Source: a virus
Direction: 5' to 3' (one strand)
Length of the DNA: 64,000 nt
Virus record (IMG/VR): IMGVR_UViG_3300033049_000020
Span: 64,001 to 128,000 of that record
Shown here: piece after piece, positions 31,740-42,947 of the stretch
Position numbering within the stretch: position 1 is the stretch's first letter
Layout: every line of letters begins with the position of its first letter
Position numbers and translations under genes: made by a program
Notes under the pieces: model-generated
What the model was told of the DNA's origin: nothing
Database searches by the model: none
The model's input: the letters and a program-made list of their open reading frames with translations, nothing else

Positions 31740-32708
31740 CTCTGGAACTTTTGTACCTTAGCTATATGAGGAAACAAAATGATGGTGTTTCAAGTAGAAA
31801 ATAATTTGTAAATGTCAAATAAATTTTGTATCTTTGTATTATGAGTAGATATGAAGTAAGGGTAATATGGTACGAGGGTGCCACTCAAACTGAAATAATC
31901 ACAGGTAACCTAACCATGGGTAATAATTATTATCAGATAGTTGACGAAGATTTTAAGGACTGGTTCTTCCCAATGGGAAGAACCGTAATTCAAGAACTAT
32001 GAAAGGATTTATATTTTGTATATGGATGTTTATGGATGTTTATAACACTTGTACTTGTACTTAGTCTTATAGGTTTGTGGGTGGTATTACCTACCACAAC
32101 ACATTACGTTGAAGGTCCGCCAAACATCATTAGAAGTGACTGGATGATATTAGGTGACAAATTACTGGAAGCGGTATTAACGGATAAGAAATAAAACTGA
32201 CAGATGAAACTTAAGAAATTTATAAAGAACTTAGAAGCGTTCGCAAAGAAACATCCAGAAGCATTGGAAATGACGGTAGTAACTGCCATTGATGATGAAG
32301 GTAACGGATTCAATGAGGTGTACTTTACTCCAATATTGGGATTCTACGAAGATAGAGAATTCATGTCTGTTGAGAATATGGAGGAGTACGAAAGACCTCC
32401 ATCTGACATCAACGCTGTCTGTGTGAACTAATGGGTAATAAGAAAATAAATAGGCTGCTTATCAACATGAAGAACAAGATTGATATTATTAACGGTTCAA
32501 TCAACATGGTTCATGAGATGAGGCGAGGAGAAACGATTACGTTAAATGGAATACACCGATTGGAAGTCGGGATGTCAGAGTCTACAACCAATGACGAGTA
32601 CATCGGAATAATAGACAAGTTGATTGATGAGAGAGATAACCTTCAAAATTAGTTAACCGAATGGATGGTTAAGTACGAATAACGCTTCTCTCTGTCATAT
32701 TTACATAT

Positions 32709-33125
32709 ATGACAGAGAGAAGAAAAAAACTCCATTTTATTTATAAGATTACCCATATCAAATCTGGTAAGTATTATTTGGGTATGCATTCAACATTCGA
32801 TATGGATGATGAGTATATGGGTTCAGGTAAAAAGATAGTGGCATCCGTTAAAAAGTACGGAGTAGAGAAACACACTAAAGAGATTTTAGCATATGCTAAG
32901 AGTCGTAGTAGTCTGGTAAAGTTAGAAGCTGAGATGGTTACCGAAGATGTTGTGAGCGAAAAGCTTTGCCTCAACATGAAGAATGGTGGACATGGAGGTT
33001 TTGCTGGCGAGACGCATAAGAAGAGATTCATGGCCGCAGGCAGAAGAAAGAGGAGATTTAATCTTAAGAAGAAGAAAGTGAAGAAACGTATTGCAGCAAG
33101 GAAAGCAAAAGCAAGGAAAAAATGA
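32709..33125 (+). mobile_element. GIY-YIG endonuclease (short)
   Basis: FIYKIT..YYLGMHST..YMGSG. Confidence 0.8.
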
Positions 33126-33308
33126 AAGAAAAAGAGAGAAACAAAAGATTGATAGAACTCATTACTAAACTTAGGATGGAAGGTGATGATAAAGCAATTG
33201 AATTATTAGGTACAATGGTGGCTTATAATACCGAAGCGATGCAAAAGTCCTATGAAATAATGACAACAGATAATTTCATCACAAGGATGCTTGATGAGTA
33301 AATAATAT

Positions 33309-33424
33309 TGGCGTATGGTGTAGTGGTAGCACACTTATAACGGAACCTGACCAAGGTTCTATTCAGCAACAAAAATTTCCATTTCGAGGAAGTAGCGGAG
33401 GTTCGATTCCTTCTACGTCAACCA
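33309..33424 (+). ncRNA. tRNA scaffold carrying a permuted CAGCAA module
   Basis: TGGCGTA/TACGTCA-A-CCA, D and T arms intact; insert GAACCTG-ACC-AAGGTTC-TATTCAGCAA before hairpin TTCC-ATTTCGA-GGAA. Confidence 0.6.
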
Positions 33425-33606
33425 GACATATTTATAGAGAAACATAGATATGGAAAAGAAGATTAATAGTATTAATAGTTGGAAAGCTAGAAACAAACAA
33501 CGTGACAAGGTTTATATTTATGTTCGATTCGGCAAATTAACCGTATTCGAGGTTTACTTAGACTTATCCACAAAAGAATTCAGAGTAATGATACTCAATT
33601 TCGGGT

Positions 33607-33798
33607 ATGAAAGAAAATGATACATTTAAGAAGGACGTAGATTACTACATGGAAGATGGTCGGTTAGTTTTTACCGAACATTATTTAACCAAGATTAGGA
33701 AATACTGCTGCGGCAACGGCTGTAGACACTGCTGTTTCACACCAGCCAACCAAAAGGGAAACACTCAACTGAAGAGTCAAAAAATCAAATTAAACTGA
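33607..33798 (+). CDS. Small Cys-rich protein (DUF5522-like)
   Basis: DYY.EDG..VFTE.Y...CCGNGCRHC. Confidence 0.6.
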   Translation: MKENDTFKKDVDYYMEDGRLVFTEHYLTKIRKYCCGNGCRHCCFTPANQKGNTQLKSQKIKLN

Positions 33799-34559
33799 AA
33801 TTAAATTTGGTAGTATGGATTATTTTACCTATCTTTGTAGTATGAGAAATCAAAGAGAAATAGATTTAGCAATCGCATCGATTGAAAAGGACATGGAAAC
33901 TGCCCCAGAGTATAACTACTTCGGGGATAATAATCATGAGAAGATGAGACTCGGTTTGAGTATCTTACAAGGTTTGATTGATGAAGACGAACTTGACCAG
34001 ATGGGGGATGATGAGGAAATTACTTCCGAGGAATATAATGATGCTTATACGTATATTGAGTATCTTAATGGTGATGTTGAATTGGTCGAGATGTTGTTCA
34101 ATCCAGAAAACATCGTCACAGAGTAAGTATGGTCAACGTCTGCAAGAAAACATGTAAGGACTGTCCGTTCTCCAATCAATCTATGAAAGGGTGGCTGGCA
34201 GATTATGAAATCCAAGATTTTCAAAATTATATGTCTCGTGAAGTCAGCTTTCCTTGTCATATGATGATGACCAAAGATAATTTGGACGCTAATGAAACCA
34301 AAGAAGCCATTACCAACGGAGAGATGAGTTTGTGTAGGGGATATGTTGAGAGTATTATTAAATCGGCTAAGATGCCGTACATGAACAAGCAACTGGTTGA
34401 GGCCATTGCTCAAGTTAAAGAAGAGGGATTATCTAACAATACAATGTCCATATTTGAATTCAGAACTTATCATACATTAAATTGAATAATAATACGTAGT
34501 AGGCTTGTTTTTCTCAATATTAATGCGTATATTTGTACTTACAAACATTACTATTAAAC

Positions 34560-35303
34560 ATGGAACTAATAATTGGGTCAACCGCCCTTAAATACCACTT
34601 CCCCGACTTCAATCGGGAACCGAAGGACTTAGACATTGCGGTGCCAGATAGTTCTAAGTATAAGACTTCTAGAGAGATAGAATATCTCCAAAATCCAGTA
34701 ATTTTCAAGTATATAGAAGAAGGTCAAAAATACATTGACCCAAACTTGTTATTATCCTTAAAAATGTCACACCTATTCTTTGATAATAGATGGGACAAAC
34801 ATATGTGGGATACTCAGTTCCTAATAGATAAAGGTTGTGAGTATGACATCAATATTATGATGGACTTATACGAGTACTGGAAGAAAGACTATCCTAGACA
34901 TAGAAGAAGTGATTTGGATATGACCAAAGATGAATTCTTCACCAATGCTATTAACTATGATGAGAATGAACATGATTACCTTCACACTCTAATCAATCCA
35001 GAGCCACTATATCGTAAGATATTGGTTGGAGGTAAAGAGGTGGAGATAAGTGAAGCCCAGTTCAACGCTTTAGACTTTGAAACTAAGTTGGAATTGATTA
35101 GGGAAGAAGTATATGTAATGGCATTTGAAAGGTATAAGGATAAACATCATTTGGTGGCCTATTCTATAATGCTTAAGAAGTTTATCAGACAACACGCACC
35201 GATATGGATGTTTCCATTTGTGGTGGAGAATTACATTAAATTAAGTAGAGCAAAAATCAATTTTATAACAAAAATAGAAACACAATTAAATCATGGAAAT
35301 TAA
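34560..35303 (+). CDS. Phage nucleotidyltransferase-like protein
   Basis: IIGSTAL..REPKDLDI N-terminal motif. Confidence 0.5.
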   Translation: MELIIGSTALKYHFPDFNREPKDLDIAVPDSSKYKTSREIEYLQNPVIFKYIEEGQKYIDPNLLLSLKMSHLFFDNRWDKHMWDTQFLIDKGCEYDINIMMDLYEYWKKDYPRHRRSDLDMTKDEFFTNAINYDENEHDYLHTLINPEPLYRKILVGGKEVEISEAQFNALDFETKLELIREEVYVMAFERYKDKHHLVAYSIMLKKFIRQHAPIWMFPFVVENYIKLSRAKINFITKIETQLNHGN

Positions 35304-35535
35304 CTTAACAGAACTTAACACAAAGCTGAAGAACTTCGGCTCACTACCTGTCGTAGAGTCACACTCTGACGTCAACGTTGACGAAGGATACACTATCAGA
35401 AAGCTTACCGATGACTTATTCTTGAAGGTATACACCTATGAGGATTCGTATGGTGACAACGTAACCACTGGAATCGAATTCGTTAAAGCGGTAGAATCAA
35501 AAGTAACAAATTATGAAACAATTTAAAAATAAAAC

Positions 35536-35928
35536 ATGGAAGACAAGAAATTAACATTTGACGAGATTATAACTATCGCTAAAGAAATGTACGGTGATGA
35601 TGGTGTATCTGACTTCGCTGAAGGAATGTGGTATAGCGTCCCAGAAGACTTCGAACCACTGTCAGAAGATGCTACTGCTGAAGAAAGAAAAAGTAGACGA
35701 GAGAATTATGCAAATACACAACCATTGGGGCATACTACAGAGGTAGATAGTACTGGTGGTATGGACGAAGGTTCTGATTGGAGTACCGTACAACACTTTA
35801 CCAAGCATGATGTGTACATCCAAACATCTGGATGGTACCAGTCTCATAGTGGAGTCGAATTCTACGATGGGTGGGAATCCTGTTCTGAGGTAACACCTAA
35901 ACAAAAAACAATAACTGTTTACACATAA
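35536..35928 (+). CDS. Hypothetical protein, paralog of 35933-36355
   Basis: Shared KKLTFDEII, GGMD.GSDW, GWY.SH.G. Confidence 0.75.
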   Translation: MEDKKLTFDEIITIAKEMYGDDGVSDFAEGMWYSVPEDFEPLSEDATAEERKSRRENYANTQPLGHTTEVDSTGGMDEGSDWSTVQHFTKHDVYIQTSGWYQSHSGVEFYDGWESCSEVTPKQKTITVYT

Positions 35929-35932
35929 AACT

Positions 35933-36355
35933 ATGGAAAATAAAAAACTAACGTTTGATGAGATTATAGCTCTAATACAAGAAATATATGATGTTGACGA
36001 AACGGCTCAAGATGATTATGGTGGAAGTATTGAAATGTTCGCACATGAAGGTATGTACTACCCAACCCCCCAAGACTTCGAACCGTTAGGGAGTGATTCT
36101 ACCTACCAAGAAGATATTGCTAGGGATAAGCGATATGTAGATACCCAACCATTGGGTCGAACTGAGCAGATGGCTAGTAATGGTGGTATGGACAAAGGTT
36201 CTGATTGGTGGAGAATTTACCATTTTGTTAAGCACGATGTATATGTGAAGGTTAGTGGTTGGTACGCATCTCACGATGGTACACACTTTGAAGATGGATG
36301 GGGTAGCTGTAAGGAGGTTCATCCTAACGAAGTCACCGTTATCGAATATAAATAA
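35933..36355 (+). CDS. Hypothetical protein, paralog of 35536-35928
   Basis: Tandem paralog. Confidence 0.75.
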   Translation: MENKKLTFDEIIALIQEIYDVDETAQDDYGGSIEMFAHEGMYYPTPQDFEPLGSDSTYQEDIARDKRYVDTQPLGRTEQMASNGGMDKGSDWWRIYHFVKHDVYVKVSGWYASHDGTHFEDGWGSCKEVHPNEVTVIEYK

Positions 36356-36407
36356 AAAAAATGGGAATTTATTTGTATATGTCAAATAAATTCCCTATCT
36401 TTGTTGT

Positions 36408-36866
36408 ATGAACGACTCAATATTATTTCACGGAGGGTGCCACGGATGTACTATGCAGACTGAAGGAGAAGGATTAGGCGGCTGTGTCGGCTGTAGATTT
36501 TTCGACTTCACTGCGCACTCAGATTTACCTGACCTTAATGATTCTCATCTAAAAGAAGAGGATTCTCATCTAAAAGAAGAGAATTATATGACTAAAGTTA
36601 GAGGTGAGGCAAGAGCATTAGCCGCAGGTCTAAACAACATACCAAAAGAGCCGAAGGTATCCTTGGGTGACCAACTGGATGTTGCAGTTGGAGCCGAGAA
36701 CTATGAAGAGGCTGCAATTGTCAGAGACAAGATAGCGGCTGAGAAACCTTTTAAGGATGCCCTTAATGCTGCAATAGCTAAAGGTGATTATGAAGAGGCT
36801 TCTAATATCAGAGAAAAGAATAAGAAAGGTTTTTTTGGTAAACTCGGTGATTACTTCAAGAAATAA
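36408..36866 (+). CDS. Protein with two UVR (UvrB/C) motifs
   Basis: AVGAENYEEAAIVRDKI; AIAKGDYEEASNIRE. Confidence 0.65.
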   Translation: MNDSILFHGGCHGCTMQTEGEGLGGCVGCRFFDFTAHSDLPDLNDSHLKEEDSHLKEENYMTKVRGEARALAAGLNNIPKEPKVSLGDQLDVAVGAENYEEAAIVRDKIAAEKPFKDALNAAIAKGDYEEASNIREKNKKGFFGKLGDYFKK

Positions 36867-37332
36867 AAATGGGAAAATATAAAATACTTATATCATATGG
36901 TACGGGTGATAGTTTCAATAATTATGATACTACCAGTTTCATTGAATTGGAATGGGATAATCTTGACGTAGCCAAAGAGAATTTGAAGGCTATTCGAGAG
37001 CACGACAATATGTGCGAGTTAGCCAATGCTTGGAGAACTAAATTCGAGGACAAGGTTAAATATTACCAAGATAATGAAGACAAGTTCTGGTTTGTTTCGG
37101 ATAGTAAGCCTTTACACAATAAGAATAAGTGTTATCATGCTATGGCAGACTATAAGAAGTCTCCAGACGATTTCACTTTAGTGCCAGATGATTACTCTGC
37201 ACAACACCTCATTAAGTTTAAAGCTGATAACGGCAACTTGATGCAAATTCAAGCTTTTTGGGTTGGTTATTTTGAAAGATTTATGGGTGCTGAAATAATC
37301 ACCGATGACTCAGATATGAAATTCATTAAATA

Positions 37333-38175
37333 ATGGCATTCAAAATTAAAGTATTACATATTACGGTTGGCTTACCAGCTAGCGGTAAAACGACTTGGGC
37401 TAAAGAGCAAGCGGCTAAGGCTGGTTACTCACGTAATTTTGGTGCCATACACTTAGATGAGTGGATGATGAGAGACCAATTCGATAGTTATTCTGACTTC
37501 ATCGAGTCGACTTCATTTCGTCCATACTGTAGAGAAACAACCATCATTGATGGTTTGTTCTTGACTGTGGCCAATATTGAGATGTTCTTGACAGCTTTGA
37601 ATAAGAAGGGTATGTCATTTGAAAAGGTGGTTATTCATAAGTGGGATATTGACCGAGAATCATGTATCTGGAATGACTTATACCGTAGAGAGAAGGGTTC
37701 GGGTATTACTATTGCAAATGGTGAAATAGATATGTTCAGTAGAGAGCAACTAAAGGCTCTGAAAGATAAGTTCAATGGTACCGTATTCATTAGAGAGAAG
37801 CACTTAGTCGAGAAGAAAGAACCTTGGCAAGTATTTGCCAATCAGTACGAAATATATCACAATAGAGACGGATACGTAAAAAGCGAATCGTGGTCTGGTG
37901 GTGGTGATTGGAGAGACTGTTGGGAAGGTGGGGGCATTATTCATCCAGACTCAGAGCCTGAATATATGAATGAGTTATATGACCTATTAAAGAAAATCGA
38001 TGAGACTACTGACCACTACAAGTATAAAGTTATTCATAATTCGGTAGTATGGGAAGACGAGGATTACGAGAACGACTACTATGGTGGTAGTGAGAAACGT
38101 ATTCGGCACGTATTCTCTGTAGAGTCACTTTACAAAATGTTGGTTACTGATAAATTGATAGAAGCAATAACATGA
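37333..38175 (+). CDS. AAA_33/polynucleotide kinase-like P-loop protein
   Basis: GLPASGKTTWA, IIDG. Confidence 0.7.
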   Translation: MAFKIKVLHITVGLPASGKTTWAKEQAAKAGYSRNFGAIHLDEWMMRDQFDSYSDFIESTSFRPYCRETTIIDGLFLTVANIEMFLTALNKKGMSFEKVVIHKWDIDRESCIWNDLYRREKGSGITIANGEIDMFSREQLKALKDKFNGTVFIREKHLVEKKEPWQVFANQYEIYHNRDGYVKSESWSGGGDWRDCWEGGGIIHPDSEPEYMNELYDLLKKIDETTDHYKYKVIHNSVVWEDEDYENDYYGGSEKRIRHVFSVESLYKMLVTDKLIEAIT

Positions 38176-38422
38176 TTTGGATTATAGTGGAGCTAATAAT
38201 ACCTTAGATGGTCTTCATACCTTCGATAATAATAAGTTCAAAGCAGTGTATTTGCATAAGCATGGTGCTAACATCATGTTTAAGAGTTCAACACCAGCAC
38301 ACGAAGTTATTAAATTCATTGATTGCAATATTCAATTGGGGGTTAAAACCATATAAATGTTAATAAATTACTTGTTATTGTCAATTTTTTTACGTATCTT
38401 AGCATAATCAAAACAAAAACAG

Positions 38423-39346
38423 ATGTTTAATAAATTATATGGTAAGCCAGTGGCTACAGTTGAAGAAATTCACGAAGAATTTGATTCGGCACAAGAAAGA
38501 CTACTTAAAGAGTGTGATGATATTTTGAATACACTTGAAATCCCTACTGAGGGTAAAGTGGAGCGAAAAGCATCTAACTTAGAAGCGTTAGGTTTTATTA
38601 ATTCAAAAACAGTAGAAGATTATAAGGACTTTAAAGAGTCAGTAAAGAACGTAGAGGAAAAAATTGATTTTACAACCACACAAGCCACTGAAATCAGAAA
38701 CTTAGCATTCAGATATCCATTCGAGAAATTCATCACTACTGACGAATTAGATAGAATCTGTACTAAGTACGACCTACTTCATGCGCCAGTAGCTAACTAC
38801 ATCAAAGATGTTCCAGAGAAGAATGTGTTGGAGATGAAGAATAGAAAACCTTTGGACGTAAAAGATGCGGTTGAGGCGGTTTACGAATTATTTGGATTCG
38901 AAACCAATAGATTCATGAATCTATTGGGTAAAACGGATACTAAGTTCACTGAGTCTGAGGTAATAGCTATCTGTGAAACATACGGAGGGCGTCCAAATAC
39001 TACGATTGGACACCTTAAAAATGGTGATACTAGTTTTACCTTCGGAATTCTTTATAGTATTTTAAACGATTTTACGAAAATTAATTATAGTGATTATAAT
39101 TTTACTAGTATGACCACGATAGACCAATCTGGATTACATGTTGCTGCACCAAAATCACACTTTAACCTAAAAGGGTTAGATAAAATTACTAAATTTGGGT
39201 GGGGCGTTAAAAGAGAGGTAGAAGTTAAAGACCCAGTAGTATTTGAATACTGCCAAAATGACATCGTAAGAATTATTACTAAATGGGGAACGGAAGACGA
39301 CCAATCATATTTGGATGATGCATTACAAAACCCAACACTAAACTAA
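38423..39346 (+). CDS. Hypothetical protein, paralog of 39352-40245
   Basis: Shared VEEIH.EFD.AQE, YIKDVPEKN, DP.VFEYC..KWG. Confidence 0.8.
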   Translation: MFNKLYGKPVATVEEIHEEFDSAQERLLKECDDILNTLEIPTEGKVERKASNLEALGFINSKTVEDYKDFKESVKNVEEKIDFTTTQATEIRNLAFRYPFEKFITTDELDRICTKYDLLHAPVANYIKDVPEKNVLEMKNRKPLDVKDAVEAVYELFGFETNRFMNLLGKTDTKFTESEVIAICETYGGRPNTTIGHLKNGDTSFTFGILYSILNDFTKINYSDYNFTSMTTIDQSGLHVAAPKSHFNLKGLDKITKFGWGVKREVEVKDPVVFEYCQNDIVRIITKWGTEDDQSYLDDALQNPTLN

Positions 39347-39351
39347 GAGAC

Positions 39352-40245
39352 ATGTTTAATATTTTTAACAAAGAGGTGTTTGACACCAAGAAGATAGTTA
39401 CTGTGGAAGAAATCCACCAAGAGTTTGATGATGCACAAGAAAAAGTGTTAAAGGAAGCTTCAGACATACTGGATGGTATTCCTACCAAAGATTCTAGATT
39501 AGAAAGGAAGGCACTTAAATTAGAAATTACTGGTTTCGCTAAGTCGGAATTATTACAGGAATATTATACTAAGAATACCGAAATAGAAACTATTGCAAAA
39601 GCGGTGGAGGGTAGAAAACGTATGTTGGATAGTATTATGAAATTCATTCAGAAATATCCATACCAAAAGTTTATCACAGTTGATGAATTGGATAATATTT
39701 GTGGCAAATATGGGTTGATATATGCACCCGTCAAACACTACATCAAAGATGTTCCAGAGAAGAATCTAGACGAAATAGTTAATAGGAAGGAGCTTCATAG
39801 TTCTGAAATAACACCAGTTGTTCATATTGTGTCAAAAATAAGTTTTTGGGACAATACACCACAAGATTATCAGGATTTTGTGAATAAGCATATCTTGAAC
39901 CGAGTCTTTCCCGATAAAGAAATGACTGAACGAAACTTTGAACAAGTGATTGAAGAGCGAGGATGGAAAGATGGTAAGTCATCCCAGTATTGGTTTAGGA
40001 AGGCAACTGTGAAGACTGAAGATAATGCTGGATTACAGGTTGCCGCTCCAGAATCACATTTTGATTTGAAAGGATTGAAAAAGACCAAGAAATTTGGTTT
40101 CGCTAAAGTGGAATATATCGAAACTAAAGACCCAATTGTTTTTGAATACTGTAAAGACAATATTGTACGAATAATAAGTAAGTGGGGGACTGACGATGAC
40201 CAATCATATTTGGACGAATCGTTGATTAATCAAAATTTAAACTAA
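39352..40245 (+). CDS. Hypothetical protein, paralog of 38423-39346
   Basis: Tandem paralog. Confidence 0.8.
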   Translation: MFNIFNKEVFDTKKIVTVEEIHQEFDDAQEKVLKEASDILDGIPTKDSRLERKALKLEITGFAKSELLQEYYTKNTEIETIAKAVEGRKRMLDSIMKFIQKYPYQKFITVDELDNICGKYGLIYAPVKHYIKDVPEKNLDEIVNRKELHSSEITPVVHIVSKISFWDNTPQDYQDFVNKHILNRVFPDKEMTERNFEQVIEERGWKDGKSSQYWFRKATVKTEDNAGLQVAAPESHFDLKGLKKTKKFGFAKVEYIETKDPIVFEYCKDNIVRIISKWGTDDDQSYLDESLINQNLN

Positions 40246-40329
40246 AAGAAAAAGTGAAATAATTGTCCAAAGATTTGGTAGTGTGGATTATTTTACCTAT
40301 CTTTGTAGTGTTCTTTGAAATGATAGATA

Positions 40330-40645
40330 TTGAAGTATTAGGATTTAAAGATTTATTTCTGCAATTAAAAGCGAAATAACGGTTCTAAGGTACTGACAGC
40401 CGTGAAAGCGGCCTAGGGATAGTAGTGTTAGACAGAAGTTTGATGTTAACGCATTAAATGTTTACTGCGGTAGGAAAGGCTCTTCGGAGTTACGAAAACA
40501 TTACGTGCTCAGTGTTGCATATGTGGGCTGGTTCAAGGAGGTTAGACTCTCTGCCCAAAAAAATGCAATTTATAGCGGCCATAAGCGCTCGTGGAGATGT
40601 AGTCTGCATCGAATAGAGTAATTAAATCTATATCCGATACTTCAA
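40330..40645 (+). ncRNA. ~315-nt structured ncRNA of unknown class
   Basis: Ends pair (TTGAAGTAT/ATACTTCAA; AGATTTA/TAAATCT); GAAA- and UUCG-containing hairpins; follows promoter and boxA-like site. Confidence 0.6.
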
Positions 40646-40659
40646 CCTTTAAAAATATT

Positions 40660-41670
40660 TAGGAAATGCTTGGCATTAACCTGATGAGGCAATCACGAAT
40701 GTAGTGGATACATTGCAATAGTAGTGATTGTAACTGGTAAGTGAGAACCAACCATGGAACGGTTATCATAGTCTTGCCGCACGTAGAGTGCCAACATGCC
40801 TCTAAAGCATTAGATTCATACGATTGAGTGTGGGTCGTGGTTGACGGATGGTGCAAACCCCTCCCAAGACGCAAAGGAATAGTGAGAAGAGTGGTAGTTC
40901 GCCCTACTTTGTCCCCTTAAGTGGGATGCTCTTCTGGCGACATTATTCCGAGAAATTAAAGATAGATTGGAGAGTGACCTATTAGCGTAGGCGGCCTAGT
41001 TGGGGTGGAACATACTACGACACCCAACAACGTGGTTAGAGGTCATTGAAGAGTAAGTGTATGTGACGATGACACGCTCTCCTAACTGTATTGTTTACCG
41101 CAGCATCCGAGATTCAAGGTAGGACTGGGCGTTTGGTTTATCCAACGAAGAAAACTTGGGAGAATTGGCGAGTCGATAGGGTAGATATACCTTGAATACG
41201 CGAAATAAATTGTTCAAAAGGGGCGAATCGAGAGTCGAGGTATTTGTCGTTCCAAACCGAGAAACTCGAACTACTGGCGAGTAGATTCCACTAAAGATGA
41301 AAGCTTGTCTAGGGTGGTGAATACGTAGATGCCCCACCTGTTAAAAGGTTCCAACTACCGTTGGAGGATGGTCGTGGTCGGAGTGGTGTTCGATTAGTAG
41401 CAATGACTTGAAAAAATCAGAGGTCACTGTCATACGCTGTGAATGGGCGTATCGGTAGTCGGACACCGTAAGTTCTGATGAAGGGGTGCCCATGCCCCAC
41501 CTATATGGTTCGAACTACCGTTCGAACAGAGATGTGTCGACTTCCAACCGACTATATAGCATTCTCGAAAAAAACAGAGGCAAAGGGGGTACGCTGCAAA
41601 TGGGCGTAATAGGTAGCTATATCCGAATAAGTATAGTAAGTCGCCAGAGACTTGGGATTCATCTCTGGCG
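40660..41670 (+). ncRNA. Large structured ncRNA candidate (GOLLD/ROOL size range)
   Basis: ~1 kb with no credible ORF, GC-richer than flanks, many hairpins, adjacent to tRNA-like genes. Confidence 0.45.
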
Positions 41671-41676
41671 GTAATT

Positions 41677-41761
41677 GGCGCAATAGCTCAGTTGGTAGAG
41701 CGAGGTTTAAAAATGCTACTTGTAGCGGCCTTGGTCGGTGGTTCGAATCCATCTTGCGCCA
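41677..41761 (+). ncRNA. tRNA-like RNA with hairpin inserted in anticodon loop
   Basis: GGCGCAA/TTGCGCC, canonical D/T arms, extra GCTAC-TT-GTAGC. Confidence 0.6.
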
Positions 41762-41766
41762 CATAT

Positions 41767-41824
41767 GGGGAGGTCAGAGAGGTAGCATTAGGGCTACCCA
41801 AGGGTTCGAATCCCTAACTCTCCA
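41767..41824 (+). ncRNA. Mini tRNA-Ala/tmRNA-TLD-like RNA
   Basis: GGGGAG/CTCTCC-A with G3:U70, T arm, single internal hairpin. Confidence 0.5.
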
Positions 41825-41835
41825 CTATTATATAA

Positions 41836-42034
41836 GGTACGGTAGCTCAGATTGCGTTAGAGCACTCTTCCTATTAGAGGTGTACAACTTGAAGTAGGAG
41901 TATTAAGATGACTGATAAGATAGTATAGTGAGATTCCCTGATGTACAAGGAGGAACGTTGCTAGAGTGAAATTGAAAGAAGTCTCGATATTAATAACATG
42001 AGAGGGGTCGGTGGTTCGAATCCCTCTAGTGCAA
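41836..42034 (+). ncRNA. tRNA scaffold with ~130-nt anticodon-loop insertion
   Basis: TAGCTCAG..AGAGC D arm, CTCTT/GAGAG stem, GGTTCGAATCC T arm; acceptor imperfect. Confidence 0.5.
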
Positions 42035-42059
42035 CTAAAATATTTTAAACGAATATACT

Positions 42060-42947
42060 ATGTATAAAGGAGATTTAAAAAATGTACCATCAGAAGTGGT
42101 GGTAGTAATCTTGGAAAGGCAGTTAGAACAAGGCAATAGAAGGGATGTAAGTGTATTTGAAGAAACTCTATATGCCCAACAAGATGAAAATGGGTTCGAT
42201 TGGGATGCTGCGCCAGAAGGCGATAATTTTTGGGAGAGAGTTTTGGAGTTTGAGGAGTGGGAAATATTTTTCGAGAAATATCCTAGGAAGTCTTGTGGAG
42301 ATTATAAGGAGGGTGATTATATTATAGTTACTGAACTTCACGGTGAGTCTAACTACTATAATTGGTTTATGCCAAATGAAGTTATAAAAGTTGGTGGTGA
42401 CCGTTGGATGGGGTCTTTAAGAGAACATTTTGCGGCTATAAGTGCTAACAACTACCCAAATGGTAACGGCATGAATTATAATTTTGAAGAAAACTACAAG
42501 ATAAGACATGCTACAGATTGGGAAATATTATTATCATTTTGGGGTAGTTTTCCAAAAACTAAAATTGAGTTACAAGTAGGGGACACTTACGAGAACTCAA
42601 CAGGTAAGATGATGAGGATACATTCAATGAATAACAGTATGTTATGGTACATACATGAGAATGGTACTCTGTACGAGGAAGAAAAAAATACAATATTGGA
42701 ACGATTAGAAAGGAAGTTATACAAGAATTATAAATCAGTAAATAATAAATCAAAAACAATTAAAAATGAAGTACACAGAGAGAATTCAGAATCAAGGCGA
42801 ACAAGCAACAAAGGTATTAGAGCAATTAGGCAAAAGGTCGAAATTGCAAGCGCAAGCAGACCTGTTGGAAGTAGAGTCTCAGATATCCGACAAAGAAACA
42901 GACCTAGAAAATCTACGATTAGCGGAAGGAGAGTATTCTTTAACTAG
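42060..42947 (+). CDS. Hypothetical phage protein
   Basis: 295 aa ORF, GFDW..APEGDNFW motif. Confidence 0.7.
   Translation: MYKGDLKNVPSEVVVVILERQLEQGNRRDVSVFEETLYAQQDENGFDWDAAPEGDNFWERVLEFEEWEIFFEKYPRKSCGDYKEGDYIIVTELHGESNYYNWFMPNEVIKVGGDRWMGSLREHFAAISANNYPNGNGMNYNFEENYKIRHATDWEILLSFWGSFPKTKIELQVGDTYENSTGKMMRIHSMNNSMLWYIHENGTLYEEEKNTILERLERKLYKNYKSVNNKSKTIKNEVHRENSESRRTSNKGIRAIRQKVEIASASRPVGSRVSDIRQRNRPRKSTISGRRVFFN

Noticed and set aside
40330-40645. tmRNA or second RNase P RNA
   Set aside because: Lacks tRNA-like ends and the P4-forming conserved blocks.
40679-40720. Hammerhead ribozyme core (CTGATGAG...GAA)
   Set aside because: No proper stem II, and GAAT instead of GAAA.
40659-41897. 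Short ORFs from the track in the ncRNA block (and similar ORFs over tRNA clusters or antisense to real genes)
   Set aside because: They overlap RNA genes or real CDSs, have atypical composition and lack promoter context.
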